Made by a program: the position numbers and the translations under genes
Assembly (NCBI RefSeq): GCF_964194155.1
Contig: NC_135904.1
Coordinates: 13,206,001-13,270,000, forward strand
From: Cetorhinus maximus
Taxonomy: Eukaryota
DNA: 64,000 nucleotides
Direction: 5' to 3'
Shown here: one piece after another, positions 42,233 to 55,071 of the stretch
How the letters are laid out: the number at the start of each line of letters is the position of its first letter
Numbering within the stretch: position 1 is the first letter of the stretch
The notes under the pieces: model-generated
The model's database searches: none
What the model was told of the DNA's origin: nothing
The model's input: the letters and a program-made list of their open reading frames with translations, nothing else

Positions 42233-42807
42233 TCATGATAGGTGCTATATTAATACAAGACATTTTTTTCTACACCCCTAGCCTGCGGGGAGAATTGGAT
42301 TTATTTATTTACAGATAGTAACAGAAGGAGGACATTCAGATTTTCAAGCCAGTTCCAATATTCAATTACACCTGGATCTATTCCTCAACCCCATTAACTC
42401 GCCTTTGCTCCATTTTACATGACATCCATACCTATGTTGCATTGGGTGGGGGTAAGGGTAGTTTGTAAATGCCTTCTGCTATTTAAAAAGGTCGCACATG
42501 TGAACTGTGTAGTAATATTGCAAAGGATTGGTTAACGTTATTTACCTGACTCCATCAAAGCTGGTAAACTGTCTTTTCTGTTTCAGGTGTTGATGGGAAG
42601 CTGTCTCTCACTGGATGTTCCTTTTTGCTTTTAATTAGCTGCGTGCTTTGACCAAAGCGGTTATTGCTCCTCTATCCTGGTCTTCGGACAAAGACTGTTC
42701 CTCTTAAAAGGAGTGCAATGTATAATCCAGAGCATCTCTTGGCACAATTATTCAAAAGGTGCAGTTATTCCTCCTACAGGTGAACCTTAAACTCCAAAAG
42801 GCTCAGA

Positions 42808-42897
42808 ATGCTGAGCCGGCTGCAGGAGCTGAAGAAAGAAGAGGAAGCTCTATTGAAAATCAAAACCAATTTACAAGATCAATTAAACCGACTCAAG
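42808..42897 (+). CDS. SNAPC5: snRNA-activating protein complex subunit 5, coding exon 1
   Basis: MLSRLQELKKEEEALLKIKTNLQDQLNRLK matches the recalled SNAPC5/SNAP19 N-terminus; donor aag|gtaaac; upstream acceptor ctcctacag at 42779. Confidence 0.93.
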
Positions 42898-43301
42898 GTA
42901 AACCTAAAGAACATTGCATATTTATTGTTTATATATGGAACATAGATTAAGTGGCTTTTCACTCAGGGCCAGTAGCAAGTGTTTCCTGGTCAGGTATAGC
43001 ACAGGTTGGAAATCATAAACCCTCTCCCTACCCACAATACTTCATTATTGCCATTATTTGCCCCTGCCACCCTGTGATTAGGGCAGTTGGGGTGGGGGTC
43101 AAGGGTGAAGGAGATCTCTGCTCCCATCAACCAACCAAATGCACTCTTGAGTTTTATATTTTGTTCTCTCCTGTGATGTCAATAAAGCATCCCCTGAATT
43201 TCCTTTGATTAAATTTGCCTGTTGCAGAATTTTGCAGTCACTCTGTATGAGCAGATCCAGCGCTATTGTATTGGGCTGAGAAACACATCTGAACACATTT
43301 A

Positions 43302-46250
43302 GGAGAGGCGATGGCAAAGTGGTATTGTCACTGGACTAGTAATCCAGAGACCCAGGGTAACTCTCTGGGGATCCAGGTTCGAATCCCAACATGACAGATG
43401 TTGGCATTTGAATTCAATTTAAAATATCTGTAATTAGGAGTCTAACGATGACCATTAGGTTGTCTGGTCCACTAATGCCCTTTAGGGAAGGAACCTGCCG
43501 TCCGACATGACTTCAGACCCACAGCAGTGTGGTTGACTCTTAACTGCCCTCTGAAATGGCCTAGTAAGCCACTCAGCTGTGCCAAACCGCTACAAAGTCT
43601 GTAAGGAATGAAACCAGACAGACTACTTGCCATTGGAGATGACAATGACAAAGTCCTCCTTACTAACATCTGGGGGCTTAGTGCCAAAATTTGGAGAGCT
43701 GTCTCACAGACTAGTCAAGCAACAGCCTGACATAGTCATATTCAAGGAATCATACCTTACAGATAATGTTGAGAGGGACTCCTTGACATCAATTCCGGAC
43801 GCCATGATGTCTCATGTCTCACCGACCGACCCCCCTCAGCTGATGAATCAGTGCTCCTCCATGTTGAACACCACTTGGAGGAAGCACTGAGAGTGGCAAG
43901 GGTGCAGAATGTACTCTGGGTGGAGGACTTCAGTAGCACCACTGACCAAGCCCTAAAGGACATAGCTGCTAGACTTGGTCTGCGACAGGTGGTGAGGGAA
44001 CCAACAAGAGGGAAAAACGTACTTGACCTCATCCTCACCAACCTGCCTGCCGCAGATGCATCTGTCCATGACAATATCAGAAGGAATGACCACCGCATAG
44101 CCCTTGTGGAGACGAAGTCCCATCTCCACATTCAGATACCCACCATCGTGTTGTGTGGCATTACCACCATGCTAAGTGGGATAGATTTCAAAGAGATCTA
44201 GCAACTCAAGACTGGACAACTATGAGGTACTGTGGGCCATGAGCAGCAGGAGAAATGTACTCGACCACAATTTGTAATCTCACGGCCCAGTATATCCCCC
44301 ACTCTACCATTACGACCCTGGCTCAATGAAGAGTGCAGTAGGGCATGCCAAGAGCAACACCGGGCATACCTAAAGATGAGGTGTCAACCTGGTGAAGCTC
44401 CAACTCAGGACTACTTGCGTGTCAAACAGCATAAGCAGCATGCATTAGACAAAGCTAAGCAATCCCACAACTAACAGATCAGATTTAAGCTCTTCAGTCC
44501 TGCCACATCCAGTCGTGTATGGTGGTGGATAATTAAACAACTCACTGAAGGAGGAGGCTCCACAAATATCACCATCCTCATTGATGAGGGAGCCCAGCAC
44601 ATTAGTGCAGAAGATAAGGCTGAAGCATTTGTAACAGTCTTCAGCTAGAAGTGCCATTGTGATCGACCTCGGCCTCCTCCGGAGGTTGCCAGTCTTCAGC
44701 CAATTCGATTCACTCCATGTGATATCAAGAAATGGCTGAAGGGACTGGATACTGCAAAGGCTATGGGCCCTGACAATATTCCAGCAATAGTGCTGAAGAC
44801 TTGTGCTCCAGAACTTGCCACACCCCTAGTCAAGCTGTATGGGAACAGCTACAACACTGGCATCTACCCGACAATGTGGAAAATTGCCCAGGTGTATCCC
44901 TTCGACAAAAAACGGACAACTCCAATTCGGCCAACTACCGCCCCATCAGTCTACTCTCAATCATCAGTAAACTGACGGAAGGGGTCATCAATAGTGCTAT
45001 CAAGCAGCACTTACTTCGAAATAACCTGCTCACTGACGCCCAGTTTGAATTCCACCAGGATCACTCAGCTCCTGGATTTCAGCCTTGGTTCAAACATAGG
45101 CAAAAGAGCTGAACTCCATTGGTGAGGTGAGAGTGACTGTCCTTGACACAAAGGCAGCATTTGACCGAGTCTGGCATCAAGGAGCCCCAGCAAAATTGGA
45201 GTCAATGGGAATCGGGGAAAACTTTCCGCTGGTTGAAGTCATATCTAGCACAAAGGAAGATGGCTGTGATTGTTGGAGGTCAATCATCTCAGTTCCAGGA
45301 CATCACTGCAGGAGTTCCTCAGGGTAGTGTCTTCAACCCAACCAATGATCTTCCCTCCATAAGGTCGGAAGTGGGGATGTTCACTGATGATTGCACAATG
45401 TTCACCATTCTTGATTCCTCAGATACTGAAGCAGTCCATGTCCAAATGCAGCAAGACCTGGACAATATCCAGTCTTGGGCTAATAAGTGGCAAGTGACAT
45501 TCATGCCACACAAGTGCCAGGCAATGACCATCTCCAACAAGGGAGAATCTAACCATTGCCCCTTGACATTCAATGGCATTACCATCACTGAATCCCCCAT
45601 TATCAACATCCTGGGGGTTACCATTGACCAGAAGCTGAACTGGACTAGCCATATAAATATTGTGGCTACAAGAACAGTTCAGAGGCTGGGAATCCTGTGG
45701 CGAGTAACTCACCTCCTGATTCCCTAAAGTCTGTCCACCAACTACAAGGCACAGGTCAGGAGTGTGATGGAATACTCCCCAGTTGCCTGGGTGAGTGCAG
45801 CTCCAACAACACTCAAGAAGCTTGACACCATCCAGGACAAAGCAGCCTGCTTGATTGGCAGCCCATCCACAAACATTCACTCCCTCCACCATTGACGCAC
45901 AGTGGCAGCAGTGTGTACCATCTAAAGATGCACTGCAGGAACACACCATGGTACCTTACAGGAGCTTCCAAACCCACGACCGCTACCATCTAAAAGGACA
46001 AGGGCAGCAGATACATGGGAACATCCCCTCCAAGTTGCACACCATCCTGACTTGGAAATATATCACCATTCCTTCACTGTCGCTGGGTCAAAATCCTGGA
46101 ACTCCTTCCTTAAGAGCACTGTGGGTGTACTTACACCACATGGACTGCAGCAGTTCAAGAAGGCAGCTCACCACCATCTTCTCAAGGGCAATTAGGGATG
46201 GACAATAAACGCTGGCCTAGCCAGCGACGCCCAAATCCCATGAATGAAAA
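43302..46250 (+). mobile_element. Near full-length decayed LINE (endonuclease + RT) with tRNA-like 5' head, in a SNAPC5 intron
   Basis: EPTRGKNVLDLILTN...NDHRIALV (APE), GPDNIPAIVLKTCAPELA, NYRPISLLS, AGVPQGSV, MFTDDCT (RT); 3' stem-loop gctggc-cta-gccagc and tgaatgaaaa tail. Confidence 0.88.
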
Positions 46251-46692
46251 TGACAAAAACCTTTAGTGTGGTAAGCATCTAAAAGCTCATTTTAGATAGG
46301 GTAGGACATTCATTATTATTTCCTCTATTTAGAAAAGCATTTTTTTTACTCCATGTTTGTACCATTCACGCACTGGGAGCTTACAGTTTAGACCCACTTA
46401 TCAGGTTTCTCAGGGTGGTCCAAAGCCCTTCCCATGCATGACCAGCTGTTGCTGTGCCAAGCAAATGCAGCAGCCAGTTTGTACCCAGCAAGTTTTTGGC
46501 TGAAGAAAAAATGTTGTCCAGGACACTGGGAGTACCATGGGCTCTTTTACATAAAACGTAACTGTAAGAGGGAGTTTTATCATGAAGTCAGTACCCCCGA
46601 TGGTGCAATACCCCTGAATGTGCAAGCTATTGCAAAAATTTGGTGCCAGCATTATGTTGGAATGTGTTTTTATACAAGTGTTGTACCTTCAG

Positions 46693-46800
46693 GTAGAAGA
46701 ATTGGCCCTGCGATCGATGATCATGACCAGGCAAGATGGCGATGGTGATGATGACAACGGTGACAATGACAGCTGTGGTCAGGCATCGGATCCTGTAGAG
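46693..46800 (+). CDS. SNAPC5: SNAPC5 coding exon 2
   Basis: VEELALRSMIMTRQDGDGDDDNGDNDSCGQASDPVE; ccttcag acceptor and gtgaga donor, phase 0. Confidence 0.9.
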
Positions 46801-46850
46801 GTGAGAAGTGTGACCCAAGATGCAAATGTTCAAATTTTTGAGATGCACAG

Positions 46851-47722
46851 TGTTATGACGTGGCAGATGATGTGTGCCGGGTGGATCAAATCCACAAGGG
46901 AAACGTGATCACACGGTCACAATGATTCTGCAATTTGTATTTTATTTCAAAATGTGTGCCCTGAATTCAGTAGTAGTAAGTCCACCTAGGCTCTTTACAA
47001 AACTAAACAAAACATTTATTAACAAAAGAAAAGATTTCAAGCGCATACATAGATTTACAAATTACTACTATAATAACTCCTAAAACCCCCAATTAATTTG
47101 GCTTCCAGTTATACCCCTGTTAAGGCAACAGTAAAAAATAGATTTAAACAGATCCAGGCAAGTCAACACAATATCCTGGACAGTCGAATTCAAAGTGGCT
47201 TTTCCCAGCTTCGGTTTCTGCAGACAGCAGTTTAATGCACAACTACTGGAGGTTTTCCACTCTTCTGTTAAATCTTACATTGCCTTCCTCTCTGAAATAT
47301 AGCCTGTTCTCCTTTATACATGTTTTTCCCTATTAATGTAAATTGCATTGTTCCCATATGTCTTTGGAGCTTTACTTTTCTCGTAATATAAATCATTGCA
47401 TGGTGCTGCTAATACTATCAGTAACCTTTGGGAAAAATAAACACACTGCTTAGCCTAGCTTTTCTGACTAGCTTTAACATCCTACCAACTCTTTGAAATT
47501 CAAATTACCCTGATTTATCTAAAAATGCATATTCTCACTTCACCTTTGAAAACTTCAACCACCTTTACATATTTAGCATTTCAAACCTAGCTTCTTTTGA
47601 TAAGTCAAAGCCTCCAAACCAGCTGTCTCCAATTCAATTAAAACACACTATCCAAACCCCACTATTAACCTACTTTAACAATAAATCACAATAATATTGA
47701 GAATTATTATACTTTCGTGACA
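46851..47722. mobile_element. Solo LTR with 4-bp target-site duplication
   Basis: TGTTATGA...TCGTGACA termini (TG...CA, imperfect inverted repeat), flanked by ACAG at 46847-46850 and 47723-47726. Confidence 0.75.
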
Positions 47723-47989
47723 ACAGAAAAAAAGCTATAGGAAACCCCAGTGAATGCCAGTTGGATAGTTTTTGTGTGCACCATTTAAATTCTGCCTCGC
47801 CATCTGATATTAGCTTATGCAATCCTTGGTTCATTCCAATGAATCATTTGTTCACTCTGTCCTCTATTTCTTCTCAGTGAAAAAGTTGTAGGTTATGGGG
47901 AAGGAACGGTGAAGTGTGGCTAAATGGATTGCTGTTTAAAGGAGCTGGTGTGCTTGTTGTGTAAAAAAAAATAAATAACGTTTTTCTTC

Positions 47990-49830
47990 TGCTTTTATCA
48001 ATCATTTAAATCAATGTCCTCAGGTTATTGACTCTTCAGCCATTGGGAACAGTTACTCTTTATTCTATCTAAATCCTTCATGATTTTAAATACCTCTGTC
48101 AAATTTCCTCTCTGCCTTCTCTGTTCTAAGGAGAATAACCCCAACTTCTCAATTCTTAACAGTAATCCCTCACCCTGGAACCATTCTAGTAAATCTCCTC
48201 TCCAAGTCCTTGACATCCTTCCTAAACAAATTACAGGAGGACACTAATAAACTTGGAAATTGGGCAAATAATTGGCAAATTAAGTTTAACACACAATGTG
48301 AGGTTGTATATCTTAGTAGGCAGAATGGGGAGGTCACTTTTTATTTGGAAGGTGTAATTCTAGGTGAGGTAGAGGAACAAAGGGATCTCAGAATACAAAT
48401 CTACTAATCACTAAAAGATGTGCTGCAGGTTAGCAAGACCATAAAAAAACAAGCACTAGGCTTTATTTCTAGTGGGATGGAATTGGAGAAGAAGGGAAGT
48501 TATGCTAAACCTATATCAAACCTTGGTTAGACCACACTTGAGTGCTGTGTATAGTTGTGGCCACCATGGTGCAGAGAAGATTTAGAAGGATAATACCAAA
48601 AATGTGTGGATATACTCATCAGGAAAGGATTGACAGGCTGGGTCTCTTTCTCTTGAATAAAGGTTTTGAGGTGATCTAATAGAGGTCTTTAAGATTGAGT
48701 GGTTTTGTGGGGAAGAACATAACTAGAGGCCATCAGTATAAGAAAATCACATTGTTACAGCACAGAAGGAGGCCATTCAGTCCGTTGTTGCTGTGCTGGC
48801 TCTCTGAAGGAGCAATTCACCTCGTGCCATTCCCCCACCCTCCCTGTAGCCTTGTGCATTCTTCCTTTTCAGCTAATAATCCAATTCCCTCTTGAAAGCC
48901 TTGATTGACCCTGCCTCAACCACACACTCAGCAGTGCATTCCAGATCCTAATCACTCACTGCATGAAAGTTTTTCCTCATGTTGCCATTGCTTCTTTTGC
49001 TAGTTTCCTTAAATCTGTGCCCTCTAATTCTCAATCCTTTCACCAATGAGAACAGTTTCTTCCTATCTATTCTGTCTAGACCCCCTCATGATTTTGAATA
49101 CCTCTATCAAATCTCTTCTCAACCTTGTCTTCTGCAAGGAGAACAGTTCCAACTTCCCCAATCTATGTAACTGAAGTCACCAAGAAATCTAATAGGGAAT
49201 TCAAAAGAAATTTATTTACCTAAAGAGTGGTGAAAATGTGCTGCCAAAGGGAGTGATTGAGATGAATGGTATTGATGTGTTTAAGGGGAAACTAGATAAA
49301 CACATGAGAGAGAAGGGAATAAAGGGCTATGCTGATATCATTAGATGAGGAAGGATGGGAGGAGACGGTGGTGTAGTGATAATGTCACTGAACTAGTAAT
49401 CCAGGGACCCAAGCTAATGCTCTGGGGACATGAGTTCAAATCCCACCATGGCAGTTGGTGGAATTTAAATTCAATTCATAAATCTGGAATATAAAGCTAA
49501 TCTCAGTAAGGTGACCATGACCACTATCATCGATCATTGTAAAAACCGATCTGTTTCACTAATGTCCTTTAGGGAAGGAAATCTGCAGTTCTTGCCCGAT
49601 CTGGCCTACATGTGACACATGTCTGACCCACAGCAATGTGGGTGACTCTTAACTGCCTCCTGAAATGACCACTCAGTTCACAAGCAATGAGAGATGGGCA
49701 ATAAATGCTGGCCTTGCCAGCGACGTCCACGTCCCACAAAATAATCTTTTTTTTAAAAAAAAGATGCTCAAGTGGAACATAAAGACTGATTTATGGACTG
49801 GTCGGGCTACTTTCTGTGCTACATATCCTA
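47990..49830. mobile_element. Cluster of CR1 fragments in both orientations
   Basis: RGNLTEVFKIMKDLDR (-), LQEDTNKLGNWANNWQIKFN (+), and a further minus-strand 3' end at 48750-49180. Confidence 0.75.
49361..49762 (+). mobile_element. tRNA-derived SINE sharing both ends with the 43302-46250 LINE
   Basis: A box gtgtagtga, B box gagttcaaatccc; body matches 43302-43575 and tail matches 46185-46245. Confidence 0.8.
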
Positions 49831-50135
49831 TGTAATGGGCTTCAGTTTTCCAAATAAGCCTAATATGTGGTCTGTACACACCTCATCCACTCTCTGAAAC
49901 CAACAAATCTGTTCTTCCCCAATGAGTTTTGAAGTCAGCAATTAGTACAGAAAAAGGATGGAGGGCGAAAAGCATTTAATTTGATGCAAAAGTACAAAAT
50001 TTTAACACCAGAATGATAATTGAGGAAAAGTAGTATATGAGAAACTCGAGATGCATTAAAGTTTTAGCCTAGTCTGACTTTGCTATTGAATGGCTGTTGT
50101 GATGTTTTTCATTTGCTAACCATTTCTTTCCACAG

Positions 50136-50270
50136 TCCTCGATGCAGGTAGATGATGCAAGTGTTATCAATCAAACCCAGCTTCAGTTGAGCACATCGCA
50201 GTCAGTTAGAAATGTAAGACAGAGAGATGAGGAAGAGGAGGAGGAAGAGGATGAAGAATACAGCTTCTAA
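50136..50270 (+). CDS. SNAPC5: SNAPC5 coding exon 3
   Basis: SSMQVDDASVINQTQLQLSTSQSVRNVRQRDEEEEEEEDEEYSF*; INQTxLxLST motif and acidic tail; branch point gctaac and tttccacag acceptor. Total protein 110 aa. Confidence 0.92.
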   Translation, partial: SSMQVDDASVINQTQLQLSTSQSVRNVRQRDEEEEEEEDEEYSF

Positions 50271-53200
50271 ATGGGTCGCTTTCAGACAAGAATGCAAAGA
50301 AGTCTCACAAACAGAATGCACTGAATTGCTTTTTAAGGTGAAGTGTTGAACTGTACTTGTAAAGAGTGAAGCCTCTGAATCTGACAATGTGTCAGAGTGC
50401 AAGGTTTTCCAATAACTGCAGAGTAAGCTAGACACTGGGCAGACGGTTGCCACGGAGGGTGGAAATCAGCCATTTCTGAGCCTGCAGCCTGTTAATTACT
50501 GGAATATTGAGCAGAATTTGAAACTTTGAAATATTCGTCTTGATTGCTGTGCCTCGTTTCTGCAGAGAAACAGGGAAAGACTGAAGGTGAAAAGAAAACG
50601 TGGGATTGGGGGACTTTAGCTTGCTGAACAAAGATAATGTGTATGTTTCTGGTACAGGAAAACACTGAAACATCCTTGGATTAAGAAAATGAAAACTAAA
50701 ATGCATGATTGTGGCTAAGGAATAAAAGAGGGCATGAGATTCTACAGTCCTAAATGTTTTTTTTTGGAGCATTGATGTCAGGACATCAGAACAATAAACA
50801 CACACAGTCAGCTGGACCTGTGGAGTATATTCAAATACTGCAGTATCAGTTCAGAGCTAATTAGGAAACTTTACAGTGTGTCTCACTGAGGTTCTCTAAT
50901 GGTGGTAACCAATACCGCAGCATTACCTCCTGGCACACACACTCCATGTAATATAGCTTAAGGAATTGAATATTGTTGGCCTTGGGCAACATGTCTTTAA
51001 AATAATGTTCCACTCCTAAATATGTTAAAGGAGGAAGGTGCATTTGGTACTGAGGGTGTGGTCGAGCTGAGTCTGGCTAGATGTTTTGTCTCTTTGCATG
51101 GATAAGTTTTGTTGAATTTTGGAAACGATTTAAAAATTCTTGTTCTGCTAGATATTAGCCAATTCATGTATTTTGTTTAAAAAGCTGACAAGTACAGTTA
51201 CTGCAGCCTCCTAGCATAGGATTGTAATTATCATCTTCAGTCAGCCACCATCAGAAGTCTGTTGGCTATTCGTCACAGGACTGTGTTTGGGACAGTCCAC
51301 AGTTGCTCCATCATTGACTTGTGTGACTGCAACTGTATTGCAGCTTGCACCCATAGGATATATCTACGTGTTCATTTTGTGAATTTGTGGAGCCTCACCT
51401 TGAGGGACAGCTTATCCATTCATGAGATTCTTCCCCCAAACTCCCAGTCAGTGTTCCAGGTCAGCAGAGCAGGAGTGCAGACTTATACAATGACCCCTGT
51501 AATTCAGTCATTCCTATGTAATTATTTTCCTCTTGGTTTCCCAGCATTGTGGCCTATTCCACAGCCTCGGAGAGACAGGCCAAAAAGTGCTGCTGAGGAA
51601 TTTGGTTTTTTTTTTAATATTATACACACGCTTTTTCAAAAAAGTCGCCATTTTCATTGGCTACAATACACTGTTCCTTTGTTTGCTCTTTTTTAATAGA
51701 TGTAGCACTGTGCCAGATTGAGTGGGTTTCAGTCACCTGTGAAAGCCAGTAATACAGAATGCCAATCAATCTTGAGCAAATGCACCATGATTGAGTGAGC
51801 TAATCCAAACTGAACCATGTGTTGACTGTAACATAAGGTATGAAGCTGTGAATTTGAGCGTTCCGTTTCTAAAATTGAGTATTTTGATTCATGGTCATAT
51901 AAATAAAGTAAAGTGCCAAGAAAAGTGATAATTCCTCTTGTATCTGAAACCATCCGAGGAGTTTAAGTTTCTCTGAGAGTACATTGGTGGATGTATTTGA
52001 ATAATATTCCTTTATGCACAGCTGCTGACTGGTTTATTTGAAAGAGTGGATCTCCTATGGCAATATACATTGGGTGTGCAGACTAAGTGTCGTCTTTAGG
52101 TGAAGCAGATTTAGAGGATGGGGTATAATTGGACAGGGGTGCAGAGGTCTAATTTGATCCCTATTTGAATGTTATAAATTCTATCTTTATTAATATTTCC
52201 ATCGTACATTCCTATGTAAAGTTGTAACAGTGTCATTGCAGCATCTTAGAAGTGGTGATGCTGTAGGACATGTTAGCAGGTGAGTGTAATTTATGCGGCA
52301 AATTTTATACTTATGGTTTAAGTTATAAATGTGGACGCAAGAATTTACAATAGGTGAAAGAAGTCGACAGCAAGTGTATGCTGATGTAAGATTTTTAATA
52401 TATTATAGATGGATTAATGACCACATTATAAAGTTGTTTTTTGTGTTACTTTATAAATGTAGCAGACTTGTGAACCACCAGTAAATCCATGAATGTGTTT
52501 TGGTGTTATTATAGTCAAGATCTCAAGGTACTGCCTCAAACAGCTTCAAACGAATTGTTACGCTTTTGCCTGATATTAAAACTGTGAATGTAGAAGTTTG
52601 ATTGTCTGCTTAAAAAAGAACACCATAAAACTTACAACAAAAATGTGTACCCTGTAACACCTTAACCTGGCCAGTGAACACCCTTCCTTTTTCAGTGAAA
52701 ATAAGACATCTGTTGGGTTTTGTTTTCCATTTGTGTTTTTTTTAATTCAAACCCATCAATTGAAATGTGCAGCCAATAGTTAACACCAACGTGCAGCATC
52801 CTGGCTGATGGGGCAAGAGCTAGTGGTGAGCTAAAGGGGGAATGCGCAAACAGAAATGAGCCAGAAAGGTGGTGATGCCAGGACACTGGACTTGTTTAAG
52901 AGCCAGTTGGACATTGAATGTATCTTCTGATCTTTCCCTCCTGGAAACGCAGCGGGAAAACTGAGAAAATTGACAGGGGTGGTTCTCTCCACCCTTCTGG
53001 TGGGTACACTCAAGATTAGTGAATGCTGATGAAGATCTCCAATCGAGGCTTTGGTGGGAAGTAGGGAACATAAAGAATTTGAGAGGAGAGTGCCAAGAGT
53101 GTTAGTGTTTACCTACTGGCTGGTTAAGTTGTTTCAGGACACAGACTGGTTGCATTTTTTTCTGACTTAAAACCTACCTTCATATTTTAAGTATTGTTGT

Positions 53201-53335
53201 AACATAATAAATATGTAGGGTTCTATGTGAAAAATGTGAAAGATTATTACAGCTAATCAATTGCACTGCTACAAAGATAGCCAATAATAAAATTGAGTTA
53301 TTTTTATTGTTGTGACAATAGTGGAAACTCGTTTC

Positions 53336-53468
53336 TTAGTGGAAACGCACGCGTCGAATGGAGCCCATATTAGCAGCAGTTGCTCCCCATTCAGTATAAT
53401 TATTAAAGTCTCTCTTTTCCAAAATGTAGTGTAGGCCTCGGTAATTTGCATCCTGGTAGGCTACCCAC
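53336..53468 (-). CDS. crybgx: Beta-gamma crystallin X-like, last exon (Greek key 4)
   Basis: WVAYQDANYRGLHYILEKRDFNNYTEWGATAANMGSIRRVRFH*; AATAAA on the minus strand at 53303-53308. Confidence 0.88.
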
Positions 53469-53699
53469 CTATGGTGAAAAAGAAAAGTAATAATGAAATA
53501 TACACTGACCCTAAACTTCATGCTTATCTAAATCTATGCTTCCTGCTTTTGATGCACAATGTTTAGTTAAAGGATGATAATGCCAACAGCAATACATTCA
53601 CTGTGAAACACTCCCATTTTTCAACAGGTTAGAGTTCGTTGTAGGGAGGGGGAAGTGAGGAAATATTCTGTCATAATGTTCTTAGTGCCTACTTGTAGG

Positions 53700-53990
53700 C
53701 TGATGCACTGTCTAGACAGGCCAAGGACCCCTGTATTTTGACTCCCTTTCTGCACTGAGATGGCTGACCTCAGTTGAGGGTTTCAGCAAGTGGCCACAAA
53801 TCTCCTACCCAGCAAAGGTGGTGGAGAGGGGGGAATATGTCAGCCAAGGCTTTTGCTCCTGATCATTATATAGTGACCCCTGCGGTTGAGGATGGGATCA
53901 GGCTCAGCGGCGAGGGCGGATAGCCCAGTGACCATGTTTGAGGCTCACGTGATGAATGTCTACAAGTGAGTTAACAAAGGAACCAGCTAA
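53700..53990 (+). repeat. Unassigned SINE-like dispersed repeat
   Basis: tgctcctgatc...agtgacccc...gatcaggctcagc...tagcc...aggctcac...gaatg; degenerate reverse copies at about 1240-1400 and 24480-24830. Confidence 0.45.
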
Positions 53991-54208
53991 GTCCCAATAT
54001 CAGTCACACTTTCCTGAAGGATAAGAAACAGTTGGGAATCTTCACTGCAAATGGTGTGAATAAAATTTTAACTGCAGTGATAATTGCATTTATATAAATG
54101 CTTCATCACACTTAAACATTGGACAATGAATTACTTCTCAAGTAGAGTGACTGTGATATAGCCAACCTTGCTCAGACTGTAATCGCACTTGGCCCAGGCT
54201 GTACTTAC

Positions 54209-54348
54209 ACTCCTCCAAGAACCCTGGCAGAGGCAAAGCGATTGAGGCTGAAACATGAAATGAGGTTCGGGATATCCTCTTGTAGTTCCACCTTCCTTCC
54301 AGAAAAGCCAGGTTTTTCATATAAACAAATTTTAGATGGAGAACGTTC
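54209..54348 (-). CDS. crybgx: crybgx-like exon (Greek key 3)
   Basis: ERSPSKICLYEKPGFSGRKVELQEDIPNLISCFSLNRFASARVLGG(V); aag acceptor and gtaagt donor; not in the ORF-track frame. Confidence 0.87.
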
Positions 54349-54935
54349 CTTATTGGATTAAAGGCACAAAAATATATTTATTTGATATTGTGTCAGTGGT
54401 TGCAGTTTAACTCTGGAATTCCAATTTTTCTGCATCTACTTTGTGTTGCTTCCCAGTTTAACAGTAGATGGCCTGCTTCTTGGATCTCAATGCAGCCTTT
54501 GGGCTAATCACTGACAGGCTAAATGACTTTGTGTTGTAATATTTCCTACAACAAATCCTAATTCTTGGGAGTTGAATTTCTGTTTATTCCATTTCAAACA
54601 AAATGTTTCCCTTCTGTCCCTGACAACATATCCATGAGGTAATTAACCTCCAATTGGTACCTCTACCCAATGCACAGCAATGCTAAAGGATGCATGGAGT
54701 GAGTTGCTCTGGCCAGGAACCTCCATCTCTTAATTCTGTAATGCACCATCTGATAAAGGAAGTGATTCATGTTTTTGATTACCATGTATGGCTGCCTTCT
54801 ATGCTGTAAATTTTCTGTTTCTATCTTTCTATGTCTGCCCTGTGCTTAGAGGACTTTTATTGAATAATAGCCTTGTCTACTGTTGGTAATTTACTGCATC
54901 ATGCAACATTATCAGATCAATTTTTTTAAACTTAC

Positions 54936-55071
54936 TTCCCTCACTGCTCTTACAGAGGAGATGTGATCTGATGTTCCAAGCCACTTATCATAGTTGCTGT
55001 ATTCTCGTTTGTCGTACACGTCCCAGAGGTACTGGTGTCCACTGTAATTTTCCCCTTCGTATCCAATCCAA
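54936..55071 (-). CDS. crybgx: crybgx-like exon (Greek key 2)
   Basis: WIGYEGENYSGHQYLWDVYDKREYSNYDKWLGTSDHISSVRAVRE; phases 2 and 0. Confidence 0.88.

Noticed and set aside
40599-42263. 554-aa Pro/Ser-rich ORF and overlapping Gly/Glu/Arg-rich ORFs
   Set aside because: Artefacts of low-complexity sequence read through N gaps.
42546-42555. Possible RDH first exon ATG GAG TCA G|gtaaat on the minus strand
   Set aside because: The phase fits, but it has only three codons, a weak Kozak context and no hydrophobic anchor; unsupported without transcripts.
43302-43395. Possible tRNA gene with anticodon AGT
   Set aside because: No proper acceptor stem or T-run terminator, and it is continuous with a retroelement body; it is an element head.
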